From assembly GCA_023515725.1 (NCBI GenBank), contig JALDTO010000266.1, positions 318,707 to 382,706 on the forward strand: 64,000 nucleotides of DNA. Direction: 5' to 3'. The notes under the pieces are model-generated. The model saw only the letters and a list, made by a program, of their open reading frames with translations, did no database searches and was not told where the DNA came from. The translations under genes were made by a program, and so were the position numbers. The DNA is from Amoeboaphelidium protococcarum X5. Lineage: Eukaryota; Fungi; Aphelidiomycota. Below, in pieces: positions 1 to 13,207 of this stretch (its first letter is position 1; every line of letters begins with the position of its first letter).

Positions 1-463
1 AGTATGCCCAAGAGTCAACAATACGCTCCTCAGTAGCAAATTCACTAGAAGGATCCAGTAAAGCGTGAGCTTATCTGAATTGGCGATACTTTGCTTTCGC
101 TTGAGGCGAAACCTTTCGGATAGGATCAAATCGACCATGATCATCAATCTGCGCTTTTAAAATAACTGGATACGCTGCTCTCTATTTTACTTTATCAGGT
201 ATCGCCTATTCTGCAATATTATTAACGGCCCCAGCTTATTTGGCCTTCAGCTACAGCGGATTCTATATAGATTTGATGTTTCCAACCAAGCGCGTATCGT
301 TCTCTAACATTTACTGACGCGTCTCCAGATACCAATCCCGGGGACCAAAGAAGTTGGCTCTCAACTAGCGCTATGTATATCTCTCCCTGCCATCTTTAAA
401 GTGCTTTGACGCGTATACCGCTGTAGTACCGCGTCTAAACTCCTTAGCAAATGTGGCCGTCAT
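1..463 (-). CDS. Hypothetical protein, 5' part only (runs off the left edge)
   Basis: ATG at 463; frame has no TGA to position 1 with TAR=Gln (MTATFAKEFRRGTTAVYASKHFKDGRERYTQRQLRANFFGPRDWYLETRQ...). No family recognised. Confidence 0.6.
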
Positions 464-634
464 TTGTTGGTTAGCTGTATAGAATAGGCTGATCTCTGCT
501 GAAAGCGATAAAAAACAGTGATTGACGCGCGATAATGATCAACATACCAAGACAGAAAATCACATATAAAAAAATAATAAATTCAAATATTAGGTTATAA
601 GATTCATTAGTTAGGATCTAATAAAGACTCAAAT

Positions 635-1399
635 TCATTTCTGGTCCAGCGGATTAGTGATCAGTTCAGTTGCCTGCCACAAATCAGGAGTCAGGTAAGC
701 GTAAGTGTTCTTGATAGCCATGAAAGTAGCCTTCAAGAAGTTACCCTGAGTACGAGTACTTCCTCTAGCAGTGGTATAACAATCCTGGATACCGGCAAAC
801 TGCAGCAGCTTCTTAGCGGTAGGTGCAGCAACGATACTAGTACCTCTAGGGGCAGGCACCAGACGACACAGCACAGAACCACACTTTCCGGTAACCTTGG
901 CAGGGACAGTGTGAGGATCACCCAGAATGGTACCCCAATAACCTCTACGCACAGGTACAACAGCCAGCTTAGCCAGGATGATAGCACCACGGATAGCGGT
1001 AGCGACTTCCTTTGCACACTTGACACCCAGACCGACGTGACCGTTCATGTCACCGACAATGACGAATGCCTTGAAGCGGGTACGCTGACCAGCGGTGGTC
1101 TGCTTCTGCACAGGCATGATGGACATGACCTCATCCTTCAAGTTTGGCAGAAAGTGATCAATGATCTGGTACTCCTTGATAGGCAGAGAGAACAAGTACA
1201 GCTCCTCCAAAGAGCGAATCTTGCCCTCCTTCACCAGACGGCCCAACTTGGTGACTGGAACCCATTCCTTGTCCTCACCATCCTTGCGACCACCACGTCC
1301 TCTACCGCGTCCGCCACGTCCACCGCGACCTCTTCCACGACCAAATCCACCTTCACGTCTTCCACCTTCTTGTCCGGCTGATGCTTAATTGTCGGCCAT
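635..1399 (-). CDS. RPS2: 40S ribosomal protein S2 (uS5)
   Basis: ATG 1399, MADN(TAA=Q)[13 protein letters not shown]-rich N-terminus, [36 protein letters not shown]; TGA at 635; 255 codons, no intron. Confidence 0.98.
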
Positions 1400-1858
1400 A
1401 TTAATTTTAAATAATCAAACTCTGATTCTTGCTTGAAAATAGAACCGGAAGCGATGGAGAATTTTGTTTGATCTAAGGTTAAACTTTTTTCATGGAGCCG
1501 CTAAGGTTAATGCGCTTGATATCGAGTGGACTACGTTAGCCTACCACTAACCCAGCAGAAGAAAGGTTGAGATCAACCATTTGGTATGGTTTTATTTGTT
1601 AAATTACAGAAAATATTTAATACAAAAACTGAGATTAAATTTGATGAGCTAGTGTGTATCTTGACCAGCAAATGCTAAGCTTTACTCTCTGCACATGCTG
1701 ATTGACTGATGAAGATCAACGGCGATCACTTTGATTGGTTGACTCATTCTGACTCAAACTGATCCGACATTGTAAGTGTTTCAGCCATCCTGACTATTAT
1801 ACGTCTTTTCTTCATCTGCGCACTCTTATTTTATCAAATTGTAATCTGTATAAATACA

Positions 1859-2179
1859 ATGCTTGCAAGAATTAATCTATTGGCTGCTGTGAGCAGGACC
1901 GGAAAGACATGCGTACCTGTTTTAGTTGTGACGAATGGCCGAGCTCAAAGTCAAGCGGTAAAATCTCGAGCGAAACAAGACGAAGAAGATCAATTGCAGC
2001 AGGAGGAGTTTGAAGAAGCTAATGCGCGCGCGTAGTTAATGATGGAGTTGCATAATGTACCGTTTTCGCAGTCTCTTGGTGACGCTGTTGTACATTAAGC
2101 TGTTCTTAGCCATGATCAGTCGCCTGCGTCGCAATCATATGAAGATGTGGAACGTTCGGATGAATTTGACTACGAATGA
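1859..2179 (+). CDS. Small hypothetical protein (106 aa), basic presequence-like N-terminus and acidic C-terminus
   Basis: ATG after A-rich context, open to TGA with two TAR codons: MLARINLLAAVSRTGKTCVPVLVVTNGRAQSQAVKSRAKQDEEDQLQQEEFEE...DEFDYE. Confidence 0.55.
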
Positions 2180-2747
2180 TTATACTCCCTGCCCTTGAAT
2201 TATGTTTATTGCACTGTACTGTTAATATAAAGTTGAATTTTTTTGCATAATGCTTTCCATGTACTGTAATTATATCGTTTTGTCGCACTGTCTTCATTTA
2301 GATCACTTGAAACCTCCCAATATAAAGCAAAGGAAAACGGTCAATGATTGTACTATAACAATTCGTGTTTTGCCAATAAGTTATATTTGAAGAGAATCAT
2401 CCACAGTGATAAAGGTGAAACAACGACTGTTCCCAGCGCGATGATGGTAAACCGTAGATTTTAAGGTGTGTCGATCAAGTGACCAGAGAAATTACGGTTA
2501 GCTGTTACAACTGTTTGTTCAGACAGCACCACTTCACTGAATGTAATTTCTAATAAATTGAGTTTAAACTAACTGTCTGAGTAAAAATGTAGTGTGCAGT
2601 TGTGCTTTACAGGGAGAACCAGATCATTTCATCTCCAGTGATGGATGTCTCGCGGCATAAAAAGCCGAGTTTTCTCTTCTTTGAAACAGACAGAATCGCG
2701 TCTATAGTTTGAAAGGGAAATTGCACCATCACTTTAAATAGTACAGT

Positions 2748-5700
2748 ATGAAGTCTGACAGCAAGTGGTCTTGGGTAAAGCAAGTTAATAGTCTTAATGA
2801 TATTCTGGATGAGCATATCTTGATATCTTATGGACTTGATGAGGAAGGTGGACGGTAATGTAAGAGTGTCTTTGAGATGGAATTGTAGTTGAGTGAGTTG
2901 ATTGCCGCGTAAAATCTTGCCTCATAGTCAGAATAGTCTTCCAATAATGCACCGCGTAATAGCAAAAGTAAAGTCGATAAAGGTTTAGATGAAGCAGCAG
3001 ATTTGAAGAATGCTATTAAAGAGATTAGGCGATAGATATCCAATTAGAAGAGGTTATGTCAGAGGCATTGCGTCTCATCTAATCCCAGGTGTTTGAATGT
3101 ACTTGGGATGGAGAAGTGGCTGGATCGTGACAAGTCACTGGAATAGTATTATGAAGTCAACTAATTATATGAACGTGAACCTGAACGTGCTCGTTAATCT
3201 CTTAGTCCAGTTGGTCTGCGTAATCTTGGTGCAACGTGCTATGTAAATGCATTTCTTCAGACATGGTTCTTTGATTTGCAATTTAGAGGCGGAATATTCG
3301 GTATTAAGTCTCAGAATAATGAATCTCCCATCTATTAGCTTTAGCTTTTGTTCGGACATCTCTTATTGTCTCGGTAGGCAGTTTACAATCCGGCGCACTT
3401 TGTATAGTCTTTAGGACTGAATATGGGTGAGTAGTAGGATGCAAATGAGTTTTATAGACTCTTTGTTAGTCTACTGGAGCGATATATTGATAGTCAGGTG
3501 CTGGAAGGGAGAATAGTCCATAATTTTCTGAGATCTCGATTTGGTGGCTAGTATGCTCATAGTACAGTGTGCTCTGCTTGTGGTAATATATCTAGACGGG
3601 CCGAGGTGTTCACTCAGATTGAGTTGAATATTGTAAAGGCGAATGCATCCATCTAGGATTGTCTTGCTGATTATTTGAAGCAGGAAATGCTCTGTGACGA
3701 CAATTAATACTTCTGCTCAGTCTGTGAGAGTAAACAAGATGCTACAAGGTTCACGGAATTCCTAAATTTTCCCGCGGTGTTGAATTTCTAGTTGCTGCGC
3801 TTTTAGATGGACTTTAGTCGTGGAGAATTGAGGAGAAAGAAGGTGACACATGCAGTAAAGTTTCCTCTAGTTCTAGATATGGCAGAGTATGTGGATCGTA
3901 GCGGGGATGATCTCGAGTAGAGGCCTAGTCTTTTGTATTAATTGCATGCAGTTCTTCTTCATAAAGGAGAGTCTGCTTACAGTGGCCACTACATTGCCCA
4001 TGTCTATGACAGATTAAATGCGCGTTGGGTAAAGTGTAATGATGAAGAGTGTGGGCCACTTCTTAGTAGTGGTACGAGGTCAATGTTTGATGTTAATGCT
4101 GATATTTTGGATGACTCAAGTATCTCTTCATAATAGTCTAGTTCTTAATAGATATACGATGATGATGGGAAGTTGTACTCCTCAAAGAACGTGTATATGT
4201 TGATTTATATAAGGCAAGACTAGATTTGTAGCAATGAAGATTCATTCAATCAGGTTCCGTAGTCGATTTCTGACAAGTGTCGTAGTGATAATTTAAGGTA
4301 CGAGTAATAGATTGCGACGTTTAACAACTATAAAGCTAGTTTGGTTAAAGATTTTGAGGATTAAAGGCGATTAAAGTTGGAGTTTATTAAGTTGGCAGAC
4401 TCTAAACACTAAGACTAGTATGTTTTCATTTCTACGTAATGGTTATAGAGTTGGCTGTCTATTAGTAAGTAAATTGATGATAGAAAATTTGAGGGTACAT
4501 CTATAAAAATGTCATCATATCTTTGTCAGCATGGTAAACTGGATCTTAGTAAAATTGGTGATATGAAGGCTGTGAGTTCATAGGCCGCAAATTTTCTTAC
4601 TAAGTAGAGTATTGTTTTTAATCCTTTCAGTTTACGGCAGAATGAATAATGCTTGTGTTTAGAATGCGTGAACATCAAGTACTAGGAGTATAGAGCGTAG
4701 TTTGAACATGATCTTTAAGTCTAATGTGTCAGACGGCTTTTAAAACTATTTGATTCTAGTAAAAGTTATGATATCGATGAAGTCGGAGAGCAGATGAAAG
4801 ATTTCGAGATGTTTTCTGACGCTATCCTACTGCCTTAGTTTACCATGGACGGACCAGCGGTCTGGGTTTCTCAAGACGTACTGTAGAAGTGGCTTAGTGC
4901 TTAGACCCACGTCGATTTGGATCAGTCATTGGTTAGTGGAGGCGGTGTGCTATGTCAACACGGGTAACTCAGCAGCGATAAGAGCCGGCTTCGATTAGTA
5001 CCTCAGTCAGTATATCAATTCTTTCAAGTGATTATACCTGATCTTTATAACTGTTTCCAAGAGATTGACATTACCGAAAATGCTTAATCTTGTAAGACAT
5101 GCACGAGGAATGATAGGAAATTATAGTTCGAGCTGGATCAAGTTAAAGAATAGGCTGCAGAAGAGAAACGAGAGCTAAAGTCGGTACTAACTTCTTCTTA
5201 TGCTGTATCTGAACTCAGCCTGGCTGGTTTAAAGTCATCTTATTATCTTCTACCCGCTCAATTTGTGGAAGACTGGAGCAAGTTTGTCCGGCGACCTGAT
5301 TCGAATGAACGTCCTATTGTGGAATCGTATCCATCTCTGTTCTGTTCTCATAAAAGATTGAGATTTGATCTGAGTTTATTTGCTGGTTTGAAATCCGTAG
5401 TCAACTAGGAGACCGGATAGACTGCCTATTGGTGGTGGCAGAGCCAGCAGGAAACTGGATTGACTATGGCTTTACGACCAAATTTGCCTCTCGTTAATCT
5501 AGATTCGTAAATACTGGTAAAGTACCCTCCATTTTCAGTATGTTCTGAAGATGAATTCAAGAAATTGGTACAGTTTTATCCTGCTCTATATGACAACTCT
5601 TTTAAGTTCTCAATTTCATCTGTATTAGTACATTATGAATAGACTGACTCAATCTCCAAGGATACTCTAATTGCTGGATATGATTCATAAGATTCCTAGT

Positions 5701-6509
5701 CCCATGTTGATTTGTACTGTTAGACATGTTGGAAGTAGCATCTGCTTGAATTTGCTGGCAATGTGATCACTATCTACTTTTAAGTACATCGTAATAAGCC
5801 GGTGGAGGATATGATGATGGAAGTTTCTTAGTATCGTTTTGAAGATTCTCCTGTGCAATTGATTCCTTCACAGTCTTCTGATTAGAATAACTCAGCCTCC
5901 TTCTCTTCTGTTAAACCCAAGCGAAAATCATCATACAGGGATGTATGTTATATCGATGTGGGTAGTGATGTAGATGATGAAATGCAGAAGCCAGCTGATA
6001 AACATAAAAAGCTTAAAACTGCCACCACTAGTAAAAATGCGTCAGTTGATGCAGATAAGTCGAAACAATTGAAATTATCCTTCTCATCATCTAGTCTGTA
6101 ATCTCCTACAAAATCTGGCCGCCTCAAGTCCTCTGGTTTAATTAAACTGCAATTTGATTTAGATAGTGTTGTCAGAGACCTTAAAGTTAAACTAATGAGT
6201 CTGGTTGACGCGTCTCCGATTAATTAACGCCTGTTTTTACTTGGTAAAGAACTAGATTCCAATGAACGAACTCTGCGATCGTATGATGTCTTGGATTCAA
6301 TGAAATTTGATGTACTAATCATTCCAGACAATGAAGAGCATTCTGATTTTATTGCGACCGACTAGAATGGCATTCGATAATCGTAAAAGAAGGAAAATGG
6401 CTTTTTGGGAACCGCTTTGGTTCAGTAATAGAACATGGATTATAAACCTTTGACGCGTGAAACTATCTGCATTGCCGATTCTGATGATAACAAAAATACA
6501 ATTGCATGA
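2748..6509 (+). CDS. USP48: Ubiquitin-specific protease, USP48-like (USP domain, C-terminal ubiquitin-like domain)
   Basis: 1254-codon frame; [10 protein letters not shown]-terminal motif; Cys box [16 protein letters not shown]; GE(TAG)(TAG)DANEF = QQDAxEF; His box [16 protein letters not shown]...WVKCNDE; C-terminal UBL and ENGFLGTAL tail. Confidence 0.88.
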
Positions 6510-6748
6510 TTATCTCTTATCAATGATTGCACTTTATTCTCTCGCATATTGTTCCAGTACATTATTCTTGATCTTTTGTCTATGATATTCAAGCACTGTG
6601 TTTGATAGTGTCATAGCTTCAAGTTTGGAGTGTACGAATCTCCAGTGAAATTCCGATTGGAAACAATTGTGGAGCGACATCTCCTAACAACCAGCCTCAG
6701 AAATTCACGAGCGATCCAGTATTACAATACATACATTCAACGTGAATT

Positions 6749-8477
6749 ATGAGGATTCCACCTACGCTACTTGCAGACAGTTACAAAGCGAGTCATTATG
6801 TACTCTACCCGAAAGCAGCCAAGGTATTTATATCCTTCGAGTCCATTGCCTAATATTAGTTTCACCCCAAAAATGTAGATGTGCGCATATGGTGAATTTC
6901 GTCACTCGTACGAGAAGGATGAACGGGATCATCGCATGGTGTTCTATGGCATGCGTTACATTCTGGAGACTCATCTATCTACTCCGTGGACTATGAAAGA
7001 TATTGAAGATGCGGAGAAGTTTTTCTACACGTTTGGCATAGGAAATAGTCAGCACCCGTTTCCTTAGCATTTGTTCACAAAGATTGTCACGGAGCACGGC
7101 GGACACTTTCCTGTGAAGATCGAAGCGCTTCCTGAAGGTTCAGTGATCTATCCTCATATACCGGTATATTAAATCACGGCTGAAGGTGAATTCTCTCCTC
7201 TGGTAACGTGGCTGGAAACTTTGATGACCATGCTCTGGTATCCGAGTACGGTGGCCACTCTCAGTCGACGCATTAGGACTGTAATTGAGAAGGCTTTTGC
7301 ATAGAGTGTTGACTCTGGTTAGTAGTACCTTATTGAGAGTAGACTACACGACTTTGGATTTCGTGGATGTACATGCGTGGAGTAGAGTGTAATTGGCGCT
7401 AGTGCCCATCTGCTGAACTTCTCCGGTACAGATACTATGAGTGGCGCCTATTACGCTCAGATGTAGTTGAATGGTGGTTCGCCCGTCGCGTCATCCATAC
7501 CAGCCACGGAGCATTCAGTAATGACTAGTTGGCCCTCAGAAAAGGTAATATTCTTGTTTAATGTTGTCTCAATACCGTGTAAGAGAATTAAATTAAGTTT
7601 GGAGGATTGTAGGAGGCGCTTATTAATCTTATAAATTAATATGGCGAGGGGACCTTTGCTTGTGTTATGGACAGCTATGATTATGCGTTTGCACTGGAGA
7701 AGCTATTACCTGCTGTTGCATCAATAAAGACATCCAAAGGTGGTTTCCTCGTCCTCAGACCAGATAGCGGCGACCCTGTTGAGACTGTCATCATGGCTTT
7801 ACGGTATTTATTGTCTATTGTATATTGTTATTTACAAAATCTCAAATGATTTATGTAGTGCTGCGGATAAAGTGTTTGGATCCACTACTAACAGTAAGGG
7901 ATACAAGGTTATGCACGGATGTTCTGTTATTTAAGGAGACGGTGTTACGCATTAAGTGGTAGACAAGATTTTAGCGGCTACTCTGTAAGCTGGATACAGT
8001 GCAAGTAATGTAGCTTTCGGAATGGGAAGTGGCTTGATGCAACAGATCCATAGAGATACTATGAACTTTGCTACTAAACTCAATTACATTCAATATAGGG
8101 ACAAAGTAGATGATGCTGATCATCAGTAGAATGACGGCCGATCAGTGGACATTATGAAAATGCCGAAAACTAATTTCAATAAAAGCTCGCTACCAGGTAG
8201 ACTGGCTGTTATCAAAGACGAACAAAGTGGATGCTTGCGCGTTACTCCTCTTGAAGATGCAAGTTAGGAGGAGAATCAGTTAAAAGTTGTGTACGATCAC
8301 GGTAAGATGGCTCCATTCCCGACATTTGATCAAGTTCGGTAGTCATTACAATTGCAGTGGTAACAATTACCACCAGTGCCTCCTTTTGATGTCAGAACTG
8401 ACTCTATGCTGCGCAAGATTAACAAGGTATCCAGAGAACTTAATCAGCGGGCTTCTCAGATGAAGCTAGATGTCTGA
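6749..8477 (+). CDS. NAMPT: Nicotinamide/nicotinate phosphoribosyltransferase, NAMPT-like; 3 introns (6824-6878, 7545-7612, 7804-7858)
   Basis: LADSYKASHY, LHDFGFRG, SIPATEHSVMT, DSYD, RPDSGDP, (TAA=Q)GDG, FGMG, RDTMNFATK motifs; three GT-AG introns of 55-68 nt restore the frame. Confidence 0.88.
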
Positions 8478-8744
8478 CTTCTTTATCCGCTCATGTTCTA
8501 TTTAATTTGAATAGATAAGGTCATCTCTACTGATAGCTATTACTCAATATTTTAATTAAATGCCGTTTAAATGGGTGTATAAATTACGCGTTATCCAAAT
8601 TTATTACTAACGAGATGCTTTACAAAGACTTGTGATCTACTGTAAATTGTGAAACATTTTAATCGCGACTAGAACGAAACTTTATCATCATCATCTTCAA
8701 TTAGCATCATCTACTTGAGAAAACAAAACCATACCACTCAAAGA

Positions 8745-9897
8745 ATGAACAATCAGTCTATTCTATCCTAGTATGCTGACATTCTGAATGATAAAAATCC
8801 AGTCCCTCCTCTATAAGCCCCCTCTCCCTCTACAGCTGAACAAGAATCTGCACAAGAAACTGATAATGCAATGAATAATAACGATGATACTGCAGATAAT
8901 GTTAGTGAAGACGACGTGGAAATTGACCTCACTGAGAAACTGAGGCGACGAGTAAAGGCGAAGATTGTGGACGTTGAAAGTGTCCGTTAAAACTTTGAAA
9001 CCATCATCAATATTCCTGCAATAGTAGAGGATAGTGAGTAGACGTGTATCATTGATTTTAGGAGAATGAACAAGCATCAAATACGAAAGTAACAGGGTAT
9101 TCAGCAGCAATAAGGAAGTGCGCGTCGGCCGGTCGCTAAAACTGTTGTCGATGCAAAGATTGTGGAATTCAGTCAACAAGACCGGCTTGGTGGTAAGAAG
9201 AAATCTAAATCATTGTCAAGACTAAAGAAATAGAGCTATATAATTAAAGATGATGATATCGGAGATTATGATTATGAAGATCCGTTTATTGATGATGAGC
9301 AAGACTTTTACCTTGAGCAGATGCTGCATCGACCGGAAGTTGAAGGCTATTTCGCATGGAAAGGAGCAGTTCCCACTCGTTTGATCAATGAAGATGAACT
9401 TTTAGAGTAAGCCTTGTTAACACTATGTTAGTATATTTATCTAAAAATACGTAACTTGTAATTGTTATATATAATGCTATTGTAGAGGAGTGTCATCTGA
9501 TGATGAAGTGGACGGTTAATAGGCTGCTGATGGCGATCGAGGCACGCGCGTTGATTCCGAAACGGCTTAGCCAAATGTGGACAATAACAACAAGACTGAT
9601 TCAAGTGCTAAATCTACTCCAACCAAGGCGAAAAAGGCAAGGAAACCTCGAACTAATAAAGAACCAGGTGCAGATAGTAATAAGGATGGCACCGAAACCC
9701 CCAAGAAGAAGAGGCGAAGGAAGGAGAAGGTTGTAACGGCTGATACCATTGTTGCTCCAAGCAATAATGCCACCTCTATTCCTCCTAAAGACTAACAACG
9801 TTCCACCTCTGCGAATGCTGATGCACCACCGTAATAGCAATAATAATAATAGTAATAACCAGAATCATAAGAATTGCCCGAGTAAAATAAAGTATGA
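8745..9897 (+). CDS. HPC2/ubinuclein-like HIRA-complex subunit (HUN domain); intron 9407-9485
   Basis: GDYDYEDPFIDDE...EGYFAWKG resembles the HUN motif; basic NLS-like PKKKRRRK; TAR-encoded polyQ near the C-terminus; TGA 9895-9897. Confidence 0.72.
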
Positions 9898-10081
9898 TGC
9901 TAACGTTATGATTACTGTAAAGATGGTGCCGTTCGTTTAGAACAGGGGCGATCGTGTTACGCTTGTCCATCTTTCTTGTTCTCCCTCAGTATTGTGGTCT
10001 TTTTAAACACCATACCAATATCACTTCTTTATAATAATTTCTCAACCAATCTATTTCAGTATAAAATAAGATTGTTTGTAA

Positions 10082-13000
10082 ATGTCAGATTAGAGGACTT
10101 TATAGCGAAATACTGCGAATAAGAATATTAAGGATGATCCGACTCTGAACAGATAGGCGGTACTGTCTAAACGTGTTGATTATCCTTAGTTGACAGCGTA
10201 AACTTTTAATAATAATTATTTCTAGACTGGAGTAGGCTCATAGTTGGCATCAGATACTTCTACTAGAAATGCTGATTCATTCAAGTTTGGCTACGATATT
10301 GATACCATGGCTAGAGTGCTGAACAGAGAAGATGTTTAGAGCAAGTAGTAATAATCATCATCGAGAGAAGTGAATGGAGTTGTATCGCCGTTATAATCTA
10401 TGTAGAGAGACAATTATTATGGCAAGTCTGGTGGTACTCCGGCTACCACTGGTAGAATATTGTCTTCGAAAAAGTCAGGCAATGCTTATAACGTGCAATC
10501 ATCGTAAAATGAGCCTGACGATATTCAACTGCCATCCACTACCGGACGGATACCGAAGCAGTATGACCAGTCTTTGGATCCCTCGCTAATGAACAAAATA
10601 GCAGCTACTTTGAATAGAGTTAATCTCGTAGTATAGTAGACATCCAACTAGGCAAAATCGGTATAGATGGGGAAAGTGCAGAAGATTTAGATGGAGTAAT
10701 TTGGAAGTTAACGTCAGCTTCAAGCTGCTGGATTATCCTCTATGAATGCTGATTAGACGATAAGGTAACAGCAATAGAATACTGAAATTGGTACTCACAT
10801 TCCAACTAAAAGCTCTCACAATACTCATACTAAATATCCACCTAGCGCGAATGTGTAATTTGGTGTCGAGGATTTGAAGAGAACTGCGGGATAGAGAGTG
10901 CACGTTCCAATGGCTGATAATCTGGATTTCCCTGTTACTGTGGCTGCATCATCTGGCGCAGTGTAGAATGTATTGGATGGTGTATCTGCCGGCTGGGAGT
11001 AGGAGGAGTCTGAATTATAGGCGGTGGCTTCCAGTTTTGAATTGCAAAGTGTCCGACATTAATAGATCAACTCCAACATAAACGGTCAATCTGTGGACCA
11101 GTAGATTCCATCTTATTACAATCCACCTAGTTAGCTTGTGGGTGAGAAAGGCAAAGCAAAGAAGCCCAGTAGATAAGTATTGTCTACAAAGGAAGTTAAT
11201 ATTCTCGTTCTATACACTGCCAGAATTGGTGACTTGGTATCACTGCGAAGCTTGACTGCTCCAGTGAAGGTTGATGTCAATACGACAGATGATGAAGGTC
11301 GGACGCCGTTAATATTTGCAATTCTTGGTGGTCACTAGGAGTGTGTGTAGATGCTCATAGAGCGCGGCGCTCTCATTCATCAGGCAGATTTTACTGGTCG
11401 TACAGCTCTGCACTGGGCGTCATATCATGGCGAGTCGCAGATTGTACATATGCTGCTCAAAGCTGGTGGAGATCCAACGATGATCGACAATCAGGGCCGT
11501 TCATGTCTTCACTTGTCAATGTTCCCATCAGATCCTGATGTGTCGCAGATTTTATTAAAGCGTAGTTTTGTGATGGAGAGTCTGAATCAGTAGGAAGATC
11601 TCGGTCTTACCAGTGCAATGTTAGCTGCCTAGAATTCATCTTTTCATCAACTTCAGGCGCTTATATCTCGTGGTGCCAATCTACAGCTTAAAGATAAACA
11701 TGGTAAGACTGTCTTGCATCACTGTGCGGAGAATAAAGTTACTCATGGCGTGAAGCAGGTGCTGGCCGTGGCTCCAGAGCTGTTGAATAACAAGGACAAT
11801 TATGGTCGCACCTGTCTACACCTGGCGTGTCTGGATGGTAATATCGCGATCGTCTATTATCTGCTGACCATAGACCAAGGCATAATAAACGAGAAGGATG
11901 ATTCTGATCGAACTCCTCTTCACTGTGCCGCCATATCTGGTAAACCATCAGTCCTTAAACTTCTCACTGAATTCGGAGCCAAATTAAACAAAGGAGATAA
12001 ACATTTAGCCACCGCGCTGCATTATGCCTGCTCTTAAAATCTGGTGGACTGTGTAAATGTTCTACTCCGAAAAGGTGCATCCACGTCAATCAAGGACGGA
12101 GAGGGGCGATAGTGTTTGATATGGGCAGCCATCAGAGGTCATTTCGATGTCATACGCTTGTTGTGCAGTACAGATCTGGATGTAAACGCTGCAGAAGATC
12201 ATGGATTGACAGCTTTGCATTTTGCTGCTTACTCCGGTCACACCGCTTGCTGTATTTAGTTGATCAGGCGGGGAGCTAATGTGAATTGCACCGATTTTAA
12301 GAGTCACCCACCTTTATTTAGAGCTGCAGTGGCTGGACAGACTGAGACTGTAATTGCATTAATCAGTGAAGGTGCTGACGTTCTAATGACTGATATCGCT
12401 GGCAGAACTGCTCTACACTGGTCGTGTTCCTCAGGGCACATTGATGTAGTGAATGCCCTGTTGGATTACATGTAAGACATCAATGTGAGAGATGCTTAGG
12501 GTGCCACGGGTCTGCATGAAGCTGCATTTCATGGTAAGAGCGATGTTCTTCTATTGCTGATTAATAACGGTGCTAATGTGGATTGCGTTGATAAGAATGG
12601 TGTAACAGCATTGCATTGGGCCTCTGTTAATGGACACTTGAATTGCTGCAGACTCTTATTGTAGAATGGAGCATTCATCAACTCCATGGTGGAAGATTAG
12701 GACCGTGATACTCCATTGGATTACGCGTATCTGAATAACAATTACGATGTCGCTCAGTTTCTTATTGACCAAGGTGCTTTATTAGCTGAAGAAATACTCT
12801 CTAGAGCTGCTCTTATCATTCAAAAGGCATGGCGATTACACAAAGGATATAAGATTAGACATTTGAAGCATCAAGGATTGAGATAGCATGACAATAATGC
12901 GGCTGGAACGTAATTTTAAAAAATGCTCAGAGGAGCTGTAGTATAGAAAAGAATTGTGTCATAGTCTAAAAAGTTATAATCGCAGCAGTCGGCATTCCAA

Positions 13001-13147
13001 ATCTCTTCGACGAAATCCTCAAAGTACAATGATCCTGAAATGGCAAAGTAAAAGATTGCCACTCTATCCCGGTAAATAGTAGCATCTCCTCCATCTTCTG
13101 ATCTGGATGATAACACCAATCTATAACAGTAATAATAATAATAATGA
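10082..13147 (+). CDS. INVS: Inversin-like ankyrin-repeat protein with IQ motif
   Basis: 1022-codon frame; low-complexity N-terminus; about 15 ankyrin repeats (GRTALHWA, GRTCLHLA, RTPLHCAA); last repeat DTPLDYAYLNNNYDVAQFLIDQGAL, then IQ-like AALIIQKAWRLHKGYKIR as in inversin. Confidence 0.75.
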
Positions 13148-13207
13148 ATGAATAAAAATGTTGATCATTTATAGCTTAACCTTATATTTTAAGCAATCAA
13201 ATTTTCA

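Noticed and set aside
911-1388. Antisense or alternate-frame ORFs over RPS2 (likewise 31316..31897, 26904..27407, 49801..50271, 18531..18998)
   Set aside because: Shadows of well-supported genes on the opposite strand.
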